Shown: piece after piece, positions 18,422 to 27,994 of the stretch
Position numbering within the stretch: the stretch's first letter is position 1
How the letters are laid out: each line of letters starts with the position of its first letter
Assembly: GCA_964546125.1 (NCBI GenBank)
Contig: CAZJIS010000002.1
Coordinates: 13,484-58,028, forward strand
Reading direction: 5' to 3'
DNA from: an uncultured Clostridium sp.
Lineage (GTDB): Bacteria > Bacillota > Clostridia > Christensenellales > CAG-138
DNA: 44,545 nucleotides
The notes under the pieces: model-generated
Database searches by the model: none
Told to the model about the DNA's origin: nothing
The model's input: the letters and a program-made list of their open reading frames with translations, nothing else
Translations under genes and position numbers: made by a program

Positions 18422-19267
18422 TTGTCATACGACGTACTCGTAAAGGCGATCACGAGCGGGTTGTCGCAGTTCCGCATCGCGGACGCTGTGGATATCCTGA
18501 TCATCGCCTTCTTCCTGTACCGCCTGATCGTGCTCACCAAGGAAACGCGCGCCTATCAGGTTCTCAAGGGCATCGGCATTTTATTCCTCGCCGCCATCGC
18601 TTCGGACGCGCTGCAATTGCAAACGCTCAGTTGGCTGCTCAACTCCGTGGTCGCCTCGGGCATTATCGTCGCGGTCGTGCTCTTCCAGCCGGAGATCCGG
18701 CGCGCGCTTGAACACATTGGCCGGGGGGAGCTTTTTTATAAAACTTTGTTCAACGACATTCGGCAGGAGGAGGCGCAGATCGTCGTCGAATTGCAGCAGG
18801 CGATCCTCGATATGGCCAAGCGCCGCGTTGGCGCGCTGATCGTCATCGAGCAAAAGACGGGCCTCGGGGACATCGTCGCCACGGGCACGCGCATCGAAGG
18901 GTTGATCTCCGCGCCGCTGATCGAGAACATCTTCGAGCCGAACACGCCCCTGCACGACGGCGCGGTCATCATCCGCGACGGGCGCATCATCGCCGCAGCC
19001 TGCTTTTTGCCGCTGAGCGAGGAATTTTCCGTTTCGCGCGAGCTTGGCACGCGCCACCGGGCGGCGCTTGGCGTATCGAGCGTATCAGACAGCATCACCC
19101 TCATCGTTTCCGAGGAAACGGGCGCCATTTCCTTTGCGCGCGATGGCAAACTCGTGCGCTACATCGACCAAAAGGCGCTCAGAAATCTGCTGGAATCAAT
19201 TTTTGTAAAAAAGGCGGAGGGTTCGATCCCCTTGCTCAAGCGGAGGAACAAACATGGAAAGCAATAA
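18422..19267 (+). CDS. cdaA: diadenylate cyclase CdaA (c-di-AMP synthase)
   Basis: Three N-terminal TM helices plus a DisA_N domain (GALIVIE, PLHDGAVIIRDGRIIAAACFLPLS, GTRHRAALG). TTG start with SD GAAAGGAG 8 nt upstream. Confidence 0.9.
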   Translation: MSYDVLVKAITSGLSQFRIADAVDILIIAFFLYRLIVLTKETRAYQVLKGIGILFLAAIASDALQLQTLSWLLNSVVASGIIVAVVLFQPEIRRALEHIGRGELFYKTLFNDIRQEEAQIVVELQQAILDMAKRRVGALIVIEQKTGLGDIVATGTRIEGLISAPLIENIFEPNTPLHDGAVIIRDGRIIAAACFLPLSEEFSVSRELGTRHRAALGVSSVSDSITLIVSEETGAISFARDGKLVRYIDQKALRNLLESIFVKKAEGSIPLLKRRNKHGKQ

Positions 19268-20534
19268 AAAACGCTTCTCCGCGACGCTCGAACAGTGGTT
19301 TAAAGATTTTTTCACAAAGAGCATCGCCCTCAAGATCGTGTCGCTCGTGTTCGCCATGATCTTATGGGGCTATGTTCTGATGCTGCAGGACCCCGTGCGC
19401 ACGAAGCCCATCGTGAACGTCCCCGTGACCATCGAAGGCGAAGCCGATCTTCTCGCGCGAAGGCTCGTCATCCGCGGCAACAAGAAATTCGGCAACGTAA
19501 CGGTGCGCGTGCGCACGCAGCTCACGCAGTATGCCGACCTTACCGTCGATGACATCAGCGCTTCCATCAACCTCGCGGGTATCACTGAAAAGGGCACCTA
19601 TTCGATCGCGATCAACGCCAAAACTTCAACGGGCGGCATCGCCTCGGTTTCCCCCGCGCAGGTGACGGTCGAGGTCGACCAGCTCGTTTCGCGCCCAATC
19701 CCCGTTGACATCAACCTCACAGGCGGGCTTGCCGAGGGTTATTGGGCGGGGGACCCGGTTGTAAGCCGCGCGGAGATCGAGATCCAGGGCGCGGCGCAGG
19801 ACCTTGCGAGCATCGAGCGTGCGAGCGCCGACATTGACCTGACCGGCGTGCAGCAGAGCATCAACCGCTCGGTGCTGCTCACGCTCTACGATTCGGCGGG
19901 CAATGAAGTATCCTCGGATATTCTTCTTGGCGCGCTGCCCTCGGTGACCGTGCAGCTCGAGGTGCGCAGCATGAAGGAGGTGCCGGTCGATACGGCGAGC
20001 GCCTTGCTCGGCGCGAACGACCTGCCCCCGAACTTCGAACTCGTAGGCAGCCGCATCGTTTCCGGCCCCTCGAGCGTGCGCCTTGTGGGCGACGCGGAGG
20101 TGCTTGCGGGCATCGACGCGGTGGCGCTTGAGCCGATCGACATCGCCGGCGCGCGGCAGAGCATCCAGCAAAGCTTCGCGCTGATCGTGCCCGACGGCGT
20201 GCGCCTCATCGACGCGGACACGGTCGAGCTTTACGTCGAGATCCGCGAAAAGAGCGCGAGCGCCTCGTTCATGGAGCTTCCCATCGTGAAGCGCGGCCTT
20301 GGAAGAAAGCTCAAGGCGACGCTTTCGATCGAGGCTGCGGATGTGATGATCTCCGGCAGGATCAGCCTTGTGAACCTGATCGAGCGCGGAGATGTGATCC
20401 TTTACGTCGACCTTGCGGGCTATGGGGCGGGAACCTACCAGGTGCCCATTTATGTGGAACTTCCGAACGATGAAATGATGAGCGAGCTCACAAAAATCCT
20501 TTCCCAGCAGCTTGTCACTGTGGTGATCGATTGA
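19254..20534 (+). CDS. cdaR: CdaA regulatory protein CdaR (YbbR-domain repeats)
   Basis: N-terminal TM followed by four YbbR-like repeats. It overlaps the cdaA 3' end by 14 nt, the canonical position. Confidence 0.85.
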   Translation: MESNKKRFSATLEQWFKDFFTKSIALKIVSLVFAMILWGYVLMLQDPVRTKPIVNVPVTIEGEADLLARRLVIRGNKKFGNVTVRVRTQLTQYADLTVDDISASINLAGITEKGTYSIAINAKTSTGGIASVSPAQVTVEVDQLVSRPIPVDINLTGGLAEGYWAGDPVVSRAEIEIQGAAQDLASIERASADIDLTGVQQSINRSVLLTLYDSAGNEVSSDILLGALPSVTVQLEVRSMKEVPVDTASALLGANDLPPNFELVGSRIVSGPSSVRLVGDAEVLAGIDAVALEPIDIAGARQSIQQSFALIVPDGVRLIDADTVELYVEIREKSASASFMELPIVKRGLGRKLKATLSIEAADVMISGRISLVNLIERGDVILYVDLAGYGAGTYQVPIYVELPNDEMMSELTKILSQQLVTVVID

Positions 20535-20535
20535 T

Positions 20536-22140
20536 ATGGCGCTGATCCTCAACAACATCAGGCTTCCGCTTTCGGCGGACGAGTCCTCGCTCCAAGCGCT
20601 TGCGGCGAGGGCTCTTGATATGCGGCCCGAGGAAATCTTGGCGCTTCGCGTGCGGCGCAGTTCCCTCGACGCGCGGCGTAAAAACGACATTTGCTTTGAA
20701 TATACGCTCGAAGTTTCGCTCGCTCCGGCCGATGAAGAGCGCGCGCTGCGCAAAAACAAGGCGTCGCGCGCGCCCGAACGCGCGGCGTTCGCGCCGCGGC
20801 TTGGCAAAGAAGCGCCCGATGGGCGTATCGTCGTCGCGGGGCTTGGCCCGGCGGGCCTGTTCGCGGCATATGCGCTTGCAAGCTTCGGCTACCGCCCGCT
20901 CGTGCTCGAGCGCGGCAAACCGGTCTTAGCACGCACGCGCGACGTTCGCGCGTTCTGGAAGGGCAGCCCGCTCGACCCCGAGAGCAACGCCATGTTTGGC
21001 GAAGGCGGCGCGGGCGCGTTTTCGGATGGCAAGCTTACCACGCGCATCAAAGATCCTTTGGCAAACGACGTTCTCGAAACGCTCGTGCGCTTTGGCGCGC
21101 CGGAGGAAACGGCTTATCACGCCAAACCCCACATCGGAACGGACAGGCTCTGCGGCGTCATTTCCGCCATCCGCGAAGAGATCGGGCGGCTCGGCGGCGA
21201 GGTGCGCTTCGAGGCGGCGCTCAGCGGCCTTGAAAGCCGCGATGGAGCCCTTACCGCGGTGCGCGTGCGCACGGCGCAGGGGGAGGAGCGCATCCCCGCG
21301 GCGGCGCTTTTGCTTGCGACCGGCCAAAACGCGGACGATACCTACCGCATGCTTCACACAGCGGGCCTTGAGCTCGCCGCGAAGCCCTATGCGGCGGGCG
21401 TTCGCATTGAGCACCCGAGGGAGTTGATCGACCGCTCCCAATTCGGCGCGCACATGAACCACCCGCGCCTTGGGGCGGCGGACTATCAATTTGCGGATCG
21501 CTCCGGCGGGCGGGGCGTTTATACGTTTTGCATGTGCCCGGGCGGCAGCGTCATCGCCTGCGCGAACGAGGCGGGCCGCCTTGTGATCAACGGCATGAGC
21601 GAGCATGCGCGGGATGCGGAAAACTCCAACGCGGCCCTCGTGGTGCAGGTCGACGAGCGCGATTTTCCTCCGGGGCCGCTTGGCGGGCTCGAGTTCCGCG
21701 CGCGGCTTGAACGCGAGGCGTTCCGCCTGGGCGGCGGGGATTACCGCGCCCCGGCGACGACCTTGGGCGCTTTCCTCGCGCATGCGCCGCCCTATGGCTG
21801 GGGCAGCGTCGTGCCAAGCTACAGGCCGGGCGTCACGGTCTGCGATTTTCACGCGCTGCTGCCGGATTTCATCGCCAAGGGCGTTGAGGATGCTGTGCTT
21901 GCCTTCTCCCGCAAGCTTCGCGGCTTTGACATGGCTGAGGCCGTGCTCACGGGAGTGGAGAGCAGGACGAGCGCGCCCGTTCGTATCGTGCGGGATGAGT
22001 TGGGCGAGGCCACGCGTCTCAAGGGCCTCTACCCCTGCGGCGAGGGCGCGGGCTATGCGGGCGGCATCATGAGCGCGGCGGTCGATGGCATGCGCGCCGC
22101 CGAGCGCGTGATGGCGCGCTATGCCCCGCTTTTATCATGA
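20536..22140 (+). CDS. NAD(P)/FAD-dependent oxidoreductase of unknown function (COG2509-like)
   Basis: Dinucleotide fold VVAGLGPAGLFAAYALA, GEGGAGAFSDGKL and C-terminal YPCGEGAGYAGGI. The ATG is 1 nt after the cdaR stop. Confidence 0.85.
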   Translation: MALILNNIRLPLSADESSLQALAARALDMRPEEILALRVRRSSLDARRKNDICFEYTLEVSLAPADEERALRKNKASRAPERAAFAPRLGKEAPDGRIVVAGLGPAGLFAAYALASFGYRPLVLERGKPVLARTRDVRAFWKGSPLDPESNAMFGEGGAGAFSDGKLTTRIKDPLANDVLETLVRFGAPEETAYHAKPHIGTDRLCGVISAIREEIGRLGGEVRFEAALSGLESRDGALTAVRVRTAQGEERIPAAALLLATGQNADDTYRMLHTAGLELAAKPYAAGVRIEHPRELIDRSQFGAHMNHPRLGAADYQFADRSGGRGVYTFCMCPGGSVIACANEAGRLVINGMSEHARDAENSNAALVVQVDERDFPPGPLGGLEFRARLEREAFRLGGGDYRAPATTLGAFLAHAPPYGWGSVVPSYRPGVTVCDFHALLPDFIAKGVEDAVLAFSRKLRGFDMAEAVLTGVESRTSAPVRIVRDELGEATRLKGLYPCGEGAGYAGGIMSAAVDGMRAAERVMARYAPLLS

Positions 22141-22149
22141 GGCCGAGTA

Positions 22150-22158
22150 TGGTATAAT
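22150..22158 (+). promoter_or_regulatory. extended -10 element (TGgTATAAT) ending 6 nt before ATG 22165
   Basis: gtaTGgTATAATtccattATG. There is no SD in the 6-nt gap. Confidence 0.35.
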
Positions 22159-22164
22159 TCCATT

Positions 22165-23127
22165 ATGAATGCGAGTGTTTTCAAGCGCGCCGGCCGCGTG
22201 GCCGCGGCGCTTCTCATGAGTTTCATTCTTCTGCTGGCCGCCTGCGGCGCGCCCGAGCCCGATGGGGATCAGATCGATTTTTCCGATCCCTCCGGCGAAC
22301 AGGGCATCACGACGGCGGCGCAGTTCAGGCGCCTGCTCGAAGAGGGCAACGCCGACACCGTCAGCCTCAACGCGTCCATCGACCTTGGGGAGGATATGCT
22401 CCGCCTCGATGCCGAGGGGACAAGCCTGACCATCTATGGCAACGGCTTCACAATTTCCGGCAATGGGGATTGCGTCATCCGCCTTGCAAACGGCTGCAAG
22501 CTCACGCTTAAAAATATTACGCTCAACGGCGGCGCGAACGCGGTCGGCTGTTTGGGGGATGCGACCCTCGCGGGGGAGGCGACGGTGAAGGCCGTAGCCA
22601 ACGCTCTTTATGCCATGGGGAATGTGAGCATCGGCGAAGAGAGCCGCTTCTATTTTTCAAGCAACGTCGGCAGCGGCGTGAAGGCGGGGGGGCTTACGCT
22701 TGGTAAGGGCGCGCGCGTGTTCGCGCAGGGTGCGCTCGGCGGCGTGGCCGTCACCCGAAGCGACCTTGTGCTCAACGAAAACAGCGTCCTCGATGCGAAC
22801 ACCGCCAAAAACTACAACGCCCTCAAATGCGAAGGCACGCTTGTGATGCGCGAGGGCGCGAAGCTCATCGCCAACAACGGCGGCGAATACCACGGCGCGG
22901 AAATCTCGGCGCTCTCGATTGAGGGCACGGTGAACATCGAAGCGCGCGGCGGGGCAAAGGGCGTCGGGCTATTCTTGTTTTCCCTCGAAGAAGATTATGC
23001 GGTCGTTGGCTTTTGCGAGCCCGCGCCGCGCTTTGAAGTGGGCCGCGGCAGCCTTTTGTTCTACGCGAGCGCCGCGGAAATTCCGACTCCTGCGCCCGAT
23101 CCGGAAGAGACTCCGCAGGGCCCTTAA
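22165..23127 (+). CDS. hypothetical lipoprotein with beta-helix-like repeats
   Basis: Signal peptide with lipobox LLLAAC. Gly/Asn/Ala-rich repeats of about 22 aa (..ITLNGGANAVG.., ..GALGGVAVT..) resemble a right-handed beta-helix. Pro-rich C-terminal tail. Confidence 0.6.
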   Translation: MNASVFKRAGRVAAALLMSFILLLAACGAPEPDGDQIDFSDPSGEQGITTAAQFRRLLEEGNADTVSLNASIDLGEDMLRLDAEGTSLTIYGNGFTISGNGDCVIRLANGCKLTLKNITLNGGANAVGCLGDATLAGEATVKAVANALYAMGNVSIGEESRFYFSSNVGSGVKAGGLTLGKGARVFAQGALGGVAVTRSDLVLNENSVLDANTAKNYNALKCEGTLVMREGAKLIANNGGEYHGAEISALSIEGTVNIEARGGAKGVGLFLFSLEEDYAVVGFCEPAPRFEVGRGSLLFYASAAEIPTPAPDPEETPQGP

Positions 23128-23163
23128 CAACGACAAATCAAAACAGCTTGGAGGAAACGCGGC

Positions 23164-24975
23164 ATGGGAAAGCAAACCCAACGGAAAAGTTACCGCGCGA
23201 TCAGGCAGCAAAAATACCGCGCGCGCCGGGTTTTCGTGCTGCTCCTCCTGCTGCTTGTGATCGGCGGGCTGATCTGGCTTCTCACGAGTATCTTCTCGGG
23301 GGATGTGCGCGGCCCCGCTGCGCCCACGCCCACGCCGGATGCCGCGGAAACTCCGCCCGAAACGCCCGCGGCGCCTACGCCCACGCCCGAGCTTCCCGAA
23401 AGCCTTCGCATTCCGCCCATGGATGAGGCTTCGCGCGCGGCGCTCGGCTTCAGCTCGCAAATCATGTATGATCGCGACGAGGTCCCCTCGTTTTCACGCG
23501 AGGATGCCGCCCGCTTCCCCCGCGCGGATGCTTATACGTCAATCAAGGGCATCACGACATTCGGCGGCAACAACTACCGCAACAGCTTTGCTTACGGCAC
23601 GCTCCCCACGGCGCCCGAGACGCTTTCGCGCCTCTGGGAGAAAGACACCGGCACGCTCGAAGGGTGGACCGGCACGGGCTGGACCGGCATGCCGCTGATC
23701 GTCGAGTGGGCGGACGACGTGCGCCCGCTGCTTGGCGTGCACGATGAATTCAAAGGCAAAGCGGGCTTCACAGAGGTCATTTACCCCGCGCTTGACGGGC
23801 GCGTCTATTTCTACGAACTGATAAGCGGAAGGGAAACGCGCGCGCCGCTCGACCTTGGTGTTGTTATGAAGGGCACGGCCACGCTTGACCCGCGCGGCTA
23901 CCCGCTGCTCTACCTTGGGCAGGGCACGCTCTCGAAGAACGCCGAGGGGAAGGAGGGCGCGTGGTTCCGCGTGATCTCGCTGATCGACAATGCCGAACTC
24001 TGGTCGTTTGGCGGCAGGGACCCGTTTTCGCTGCGCGCGTGGCAGGCCTACGATTCCTCGGCGCTGCTCTCCTCGAACGCCGACACGCTTTTTGTGGCCG
24101 GCGAGAACGGCGTGCTTTACAGCGTGAAACTCAACGCCGTGTTCGATAAAGCAGTCGGCACGGTTTCGATCGACCCCGGGCCGCTGGCCAAATACCGCTA
24201 CACCGCAACCGGTTACAGCGAGGCGGAAACCGCGCGCTGGTGGGGCGTTGAAAGTTCGCTTACCGCGTGGCGGGACTATGGCTTTTTCACCGATAACGGC
24301 GGCCTTTTGCAATGCGTCGACCTCAACGCGCTTGAGGCGCGCTATGTGCTCGATATGGGGGACGACAGCGACGCGACGCTCGTCCTCGAAGAAGACCCCG
24401 CAAACGCCACCTTCTACCTTTACGCGGCAAATAAGGTCGAAAAGCAGGCGGGCGCCCCTTCCGGCACAGGCAAGAGCTACCTTCGGAAAATCGACGGCCT
24501 CACCGGCAAGATCCTTTGGGAAAAACCGTGGGAAGCAAGTGCCGGCGGAGATTCATCCGCGGGCGGCACGCTCGCAACGCCCCACGCGGGCCGCCAAAAC
24601 ATCGGCGATCTTGTGATCTTCAGCATGACGCTCGTGCCCGTTGAGGTCAACGGCACCGTGCGCAACGGCGGCCGCATCGTCGCCTATTATAAGGCGACCG
24701 GCGCGGAAGCGTGGCGGCATGAGCAGGGGGCGGGTTATTGGAGCTCGCCGGCCGTCGCCTACGATCAAAACGGCGACGCTTATCTTTTCCAGTGCGACAG
24801 GGACGGCATGCTGCGCATGCACGACGCGCGAAGCGGCAAGGTCATCGCCTCGATCGATCTTGGTTCGCGCATCGAATCGACCCCCGCGGTGTTCGGCGGC
24901 TACCTCGTGGTGGGCACGCGCGGGCAGGGCGGCAGCGGCGAGGGGCAAAAGATCCTCTGCGTTAAAATCGGCTAA
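23164..24975 (+). CDS. membrane-anchored PQQ-like beta-propeller repeat protein (BamB-like fold)
   Basis: Basic N-terminus plus one TM and a PTPTP-rich linker. Repeated ..DG.vy..d..tG...W.. blades (GRVYFYELISGRE, DGLTGKILWEK, YYKATGAEAWRH, HDARSGKVIASI). SD GGAGGA. Confidence 0.7.
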   Translation: MGKQTQRKSYRAIRQQKYRARRVFVLLLLLLVIGGLIWLLTSIFSGDVRGPAAPTPTPDAAETPPETPAAPTPTPELPESLRIPPMDEASRAALGFSSQIMYDRDEVPSFSREDAARFPRADAYTSIKGITTFGGNNYRNSFAYGTLPTAPETLSRLWEKDTGTLEGWTGTGWTGMPLIVEWADDVRPLLGVHDEFKGKAGFTEVIYPALDGRVYFYELISGRETRAPLDLGVVMKGTATLDPRGYPLLYLGQGTLSKNAEGKEGAWFRVISLIDNAELWSFGGRDPFSLRAWQAYDSSALLSSNADTLFVAGENGVLYSVKLNAVFDKAVGTVSIDPGPLAKYRYTATGYSEAETARWWGVESSLTAWRDYGFFTDNGGLLQCVDLNALEARYVLDMGDDSDATLVLEEDPANATFYLYAANKVEKQAGAPSGTGKSYLRKIDGLTGKILWEKPWEASAGGDSSAGGTLATPHAGRQNIGDLVIFSMTLVPVEVNGTVRNGGRIVAYYKATGAEAWRHEQGAGYWSSPAVAYDQNGDAYLFQCDRDGMLRMHDARSGKVIASIDLGSRIESTPAVFGGYLVVGTRGQGGSGEGQKILCVKIG

Positions 24976-24989
24976 CATAAAGCACGCCC

Positions 24990-25008
24990 GGCGGGCTGTT
25001 TGCCCGCC
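24990..25008 (+). terminator. hairpin after the propeller gene (weak terminator)
   Basis: GGCGGGC-TGTTT-GCCCGCC, 15 nt after the stop. The T-tract is poor. Confidence 0.3.
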
Positions 25009-25127
25009 ACATTTCATCCGCATTCTTCCACAATCTTGGCGAAGTTCGGCAACGGCCGCTCCAAAATTGCCGGGTATACTTGCATTATCAAAACATGCAC
25101 GCGAACCACGCGCAAAGGAGGAGCACC

Positions 25128-26465
25128 ATGGAAAACAACAATTGGAAATGGTATGAACAGCAATCTGCACCCGGCGCGCAGAGCGCCCCGGGCGGCGCGG
25201 CGCCGCAGGGCGCTTACGATAGCGCCGCTTATGACGCTAAGCGGAATCACGGGCGGGCGAAGAAGCGCTTTGGCTGGGCGCAATTGATCGGCGCGATGCT
25301 CGTTGTGGCCCTCATTGCGGGCGCGGCGGGCGCGGGGATCGTGACGCTCGCGCAGGGACAGCGGATCGAAGCGCCCGCGCAGGGCGCGCAGGGAGCGGGA
25401 GAGAGCACGCCCGGGGGCGAAGCAGGCAAAACACCCGTGCAGACGCCCGCGGGCGTAAAAGCTTCCGAGGGCATCGCAATGGGCGGCGTACGGGAGGGTG
25501 AAAACACCGCCGCCGAAATGCTGCGGCGCAGCATGAGCAGCGTCGTTGGCATCGACATCATCGGGCAGGTCGCCGCGGGCTCCTACTGGTACGGCAGCTC
25601 CGGCAGCGCAACGCAAACCATCGGCAGCGGCAGCGGCGTCATTTTAACCGCAAACGGATACATTGCGACCAATGCGCATGTGGTTTCGGAGCTTGGCGCC
25701 AACGGCTCCATTAAGGTTTATTTGCAGGATGGCACGGCGCATGATGCGGCCCTCGCGGGCGTCGATGATGTGACGGACCTTGCCGTAATTAAAATCGAGG
25801 CCGAAGGTTTGCCCGCGGTCGTGGTGGGTGCTTCCGGCAACGCCGTCGTCGGGGATACGGTGTACGCCATAGGCAATCCTCTTGGGGTATTCGCTTCAAG
25901 CGTGACGGATGGCATCATCAGCGGCCTCGACCGCCTCGTCGAAATGGAAAACGGCGGCATGACGCTCATGCAAACAAACGCGGCCGTCAACCCCGGCAAT
26001 TCGGGCGGCGGGCTCTTCAACGCCGCGGGCGAGCTGATCGGCATCGTCAACGCCAAGGCGACGGGCGCGAATGTCGAGGGCATCGGTTTTGCGATCCCCA
26101 TCGACAGCGCGCTGCCGATTTTGCGGGATTTGATGGACCTTGGCTTCGTCAGCGGCAGGCCGTATCTTGGCATCACCCCGGTGGATGTATATATGACGGC
26201 ATCCTCGGGCGGCTTCGGCTTCTCGCGCTATGTGACGCGCGTGCAGGTCCGCGCGGTGGAGGCGGGCTCTGCGGCAGCCGCTGCGGGCGTTCGGGAAAAT
26301 GACGTGATCCTCGCGCTCGACGGCCGTGAGGTGGAAGGCGCCGCGGCGCTCTCGGCCATTCTCTATGGCTATAAGGTCGGCGACACGGTGACCCTCACCG
26401 TTTTGCGCGACCGGCAGCAGATAGAGCTTTCCGTTACGCTCGGCGCGCGCGACGCGGGAAGATAA
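25128..26465 (+). CDS. HtrA/DegP family trypsin-like serine protease with PDZ domain
   Basis: TM anchor and catalytic residues in TNAHVV / DLAVIK / GNSGGGL, with a C-terminal PDZ domain. SD AAAGGAGGAG lies before ATG 25128. Confidence 0.9.
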   Translation: MENNNWKWYEQQSAPGAQSAPGGAAPQGAYDSAAYDAKRNHGRAKKRFGWAQLIGAMLVVALIAGAAGAGIVTLAQGQRIEAPAQGAQGAGESTPGGEAGKTPVQTPAGVKASEGIAMGGVREGENTAAEMLRRSMSSVVGIDIIGQVAAGSYWYGSSGSATQTIGSGSGVILTANGYIATNAHVVSELGANGSIKVYLQDGTAHDAALAGVDDVTDLAVIKIEAEGLPAVVVGASGNAVVGDTVYAIGNPLGVFASSVTDGIISGLDRLVEMENGGMTLMQTNAAVNPGNSGGGLFNAAGELIGIVNAKATGANVEGIGFAIPIDSALPILRDLMDLGFVSGRPYLGITPVDVYMTASSGGFGFSRYVTRVQVRAVEAGSAAAAAGVRENDVILALDGREVEGAAALSAILYGYKVGDTVTLTVLRDRQQIELSVTLGARDAGR

Positions 26466-26509
26466 TCCGGGCGGCGGTCCCCTAAGACCACCGGATGCGC
26501 TGTTTTAAG

Positions 26510-26537
26510 CAAAGGGGCGGCTGCTGCCGCCCCTTTG
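26510..26537. terminator. bidirectional rho-independent terminator
   Basis: CAAAGGGGCGGC-TGCT-GCCGCCCCTTTG (12-bp stem) between convergent genes. It is flanked by TTTTAAG on one side and TTAATTAAAAG on the other. Confidence 0.75.
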
Positions 26538-26558
26538 GCTTAATTAAAAGTTGATGCG

Positions 26559-27830
26559 TCAAGCTTCGAGCAGCCGCTCGGCCGCGGCAAGCTTGATGCA
26601 GGCGCAAAGCACCTCCGCCGCCTCGGCAAGCTCCGCCTCGGGCGGGAAGCTCGGCGCAATGCGCAGGTTGCAATCGTCGGGGTCGACGCCGTAGGGGAAC
26701 GTGGCCCCCGCGCCCGTCATCACTACGCCTGCCTCTTTCATCAGCGCGTGCACGCGCTTGGCGCAGCCGTCCATCACATCAAGGCTCACGAAATAGCCGC
26801 CCTTGGGCCGGTGGAACCGGGCGATGCCAAGCGGCGCGATCTCGCGCGCGAGCGCCCCGAGCACGATGTCGAACTTAGGCTTGAGGATCGCCGCGTGCTT
26901 TTGCATATGCGCGAGCGCACCGGCCTTGTCTTTCAAAAACAGCACATGGCGAAGCTGGTTGAGCTTATCGTAGCTGATGACCTGCGCGCTCAGGAGCTTC
27001 TTCATGTAAGTGAGGTTTGCTTCACTGCAGGCAAAGCACGCAACACCCGCGCCGGGGAAGGTCACTTTGGAGGTGGAGGCAAACTCAAAGACCATGTCGG
27101 GGCTGCCGGCCGCGGCGCACAGCGAAAGGATGTCGGGGAACGGCACATAGCCGCTCTCGAACTCGTGGATGCAATAGGCGTTGTCCCAAAGGATCGTGAA
27201 ATCGGGCGCGGCGGGCTTTAAGGCCGCAAGCCTTTTGAGGACCGTGTCCGAATAGATGATGCCCGAAGGGTTCGAATATTTCGGCACGCACCAAATGCCC
27301 TTGACCTCGGGGTCTTTGATGAGAGATTCAACGAGGTCCATATCCGGCCCGTTCTCATCCATGGGGATGTTGATCATCTCCATGCCAAACGTTTCGCAAA
27401 TAGTGAAATGCCGGTCGTAGCCGGGCACGGGGCAGAGGAACTTCACGCGCTCGAGCCTGCCCCAGGGCTTAGGCGAGTGCAACAAGCCGTGCGTATAGGC
27501 TTTGGCGACAAGGTCGTACATCAAACTTAAGCTTGCGCTGCCGCCGACGAACACCTGGCAGGCGTCCACGCCCAATAGTTCCGCAAACAGTTTGCGGCAG
27601 GAAGGCAGCCCCTCGAGGCCGCCGTAGTTGCGCGCGTCGATGCCGTCGGCCGTGCAGTCCGCATCCGCAGGCAAAGAGAGCAAAGGGTTTGAAAGGTCGA
27701 GCTGCGCGCGCGCGGGCTTGCCGCGCGACATGTCGAGTTTGAGCCCCTTTGCTTTGCACGCCTCATAGGCGCGCTGTGCTTCCTCGTAAAAGCGCTCGAG
27801 CTCGCTGCGCGGGAATTCACAAAGATGCAT
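26559..27830 (-). CDS. class I/II PLP-dependent aminotransferase
   Basis: 423 aa with DMSRGKPARAQLDLS near the N-terminus and STSKVTFPGAGV (PLP lysine box). SD GGAGG sits 8 nt before ATG 27830. Confidence 0.85.
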   Translation of the reverse strand: MHLCEFPRSELERFYEEAQRAYEACKAKGLKLDMSRGKPARAQLDLSNPLLSLPADADCTADGIDARNYGGLEGLPSCRKLFAELLGVDACQVFVGGSASLSLMYDLVAKAYTHGLLHSPKPWGRLERVKFLCPVPGYDRHFTICETFGMEMINIPMDENGPDMDLVESLIKDPEVKGIWCVPKYSNPSGIIYSDTVLKRLAALKPAAPDFTILWDNAYCIHEFESGYVPFPDILSLCAAAGSPDMVFEFASTSKVTFPGAGVACFACSEANLTYMKKLLSAQVISYDKLNQLRHVLFLKDKAGALAHMQKHAAILKPKFDIVLGALAREIAPLGIARFHRPKGGYFVSLDVMDGCAKRVHALMKEAGVVMTGAGATFPYGVDPDDCNLRIAPSFPPEAELAEAAEVLCACIKLAAAERLLEA

Positions 27831-27869
27831 GGATTTGAACCTCCGATTGTATGCTATCACTCTTTTTTG

Positions 27870-27898
27870 ATTATAGCGGATAGCCCTGCAAAAGTAAA
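27870..27898 (-). promoter_or_regulatory. candidate sigma-A promoter of the aminotransferase (TTTACT-17-TATAAT)
   Basis: The minus strand reads TTTACTtttgcagggctatccgcTATAATcaaaaaag. Confidence 0.4.
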
Positions 27899-27934
27899 TC
27901 AGAATGCAGGATTTCTTTCATTTTGGCGGCGGCT

Positions 27935-27963
27935 TTGCAAGCTTTCGCGGCGAATGGTATGAT
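27935..27963 (+). promoter_or_regulatory. sigma-A promoter of cobB (TTGCAA-17-TATGAT with TG extension)
   Basis: TTGCAAgctttcgcggcgaaTGgTATGAT, 32 nt upstream of the ATG. Confidence 0.5.
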
Positions 27964-27994
27964 GGTTGCAAAGGGAAAGGGGGAGGCGGCAGCG

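Noticed and set aside
23305-23405. Repetitive PTPTP/AAPTPTP-coding stretch (also the Pro-rich tails at 16860-16950 and 23085-23120) as a tandem DNA repeat or CRISPR-like array.
   Set aside because: These are short imperfect codon-level repeats encoding Pro/Thr linkers inside clear ORFs. There is no repeat-spacer periodicity.
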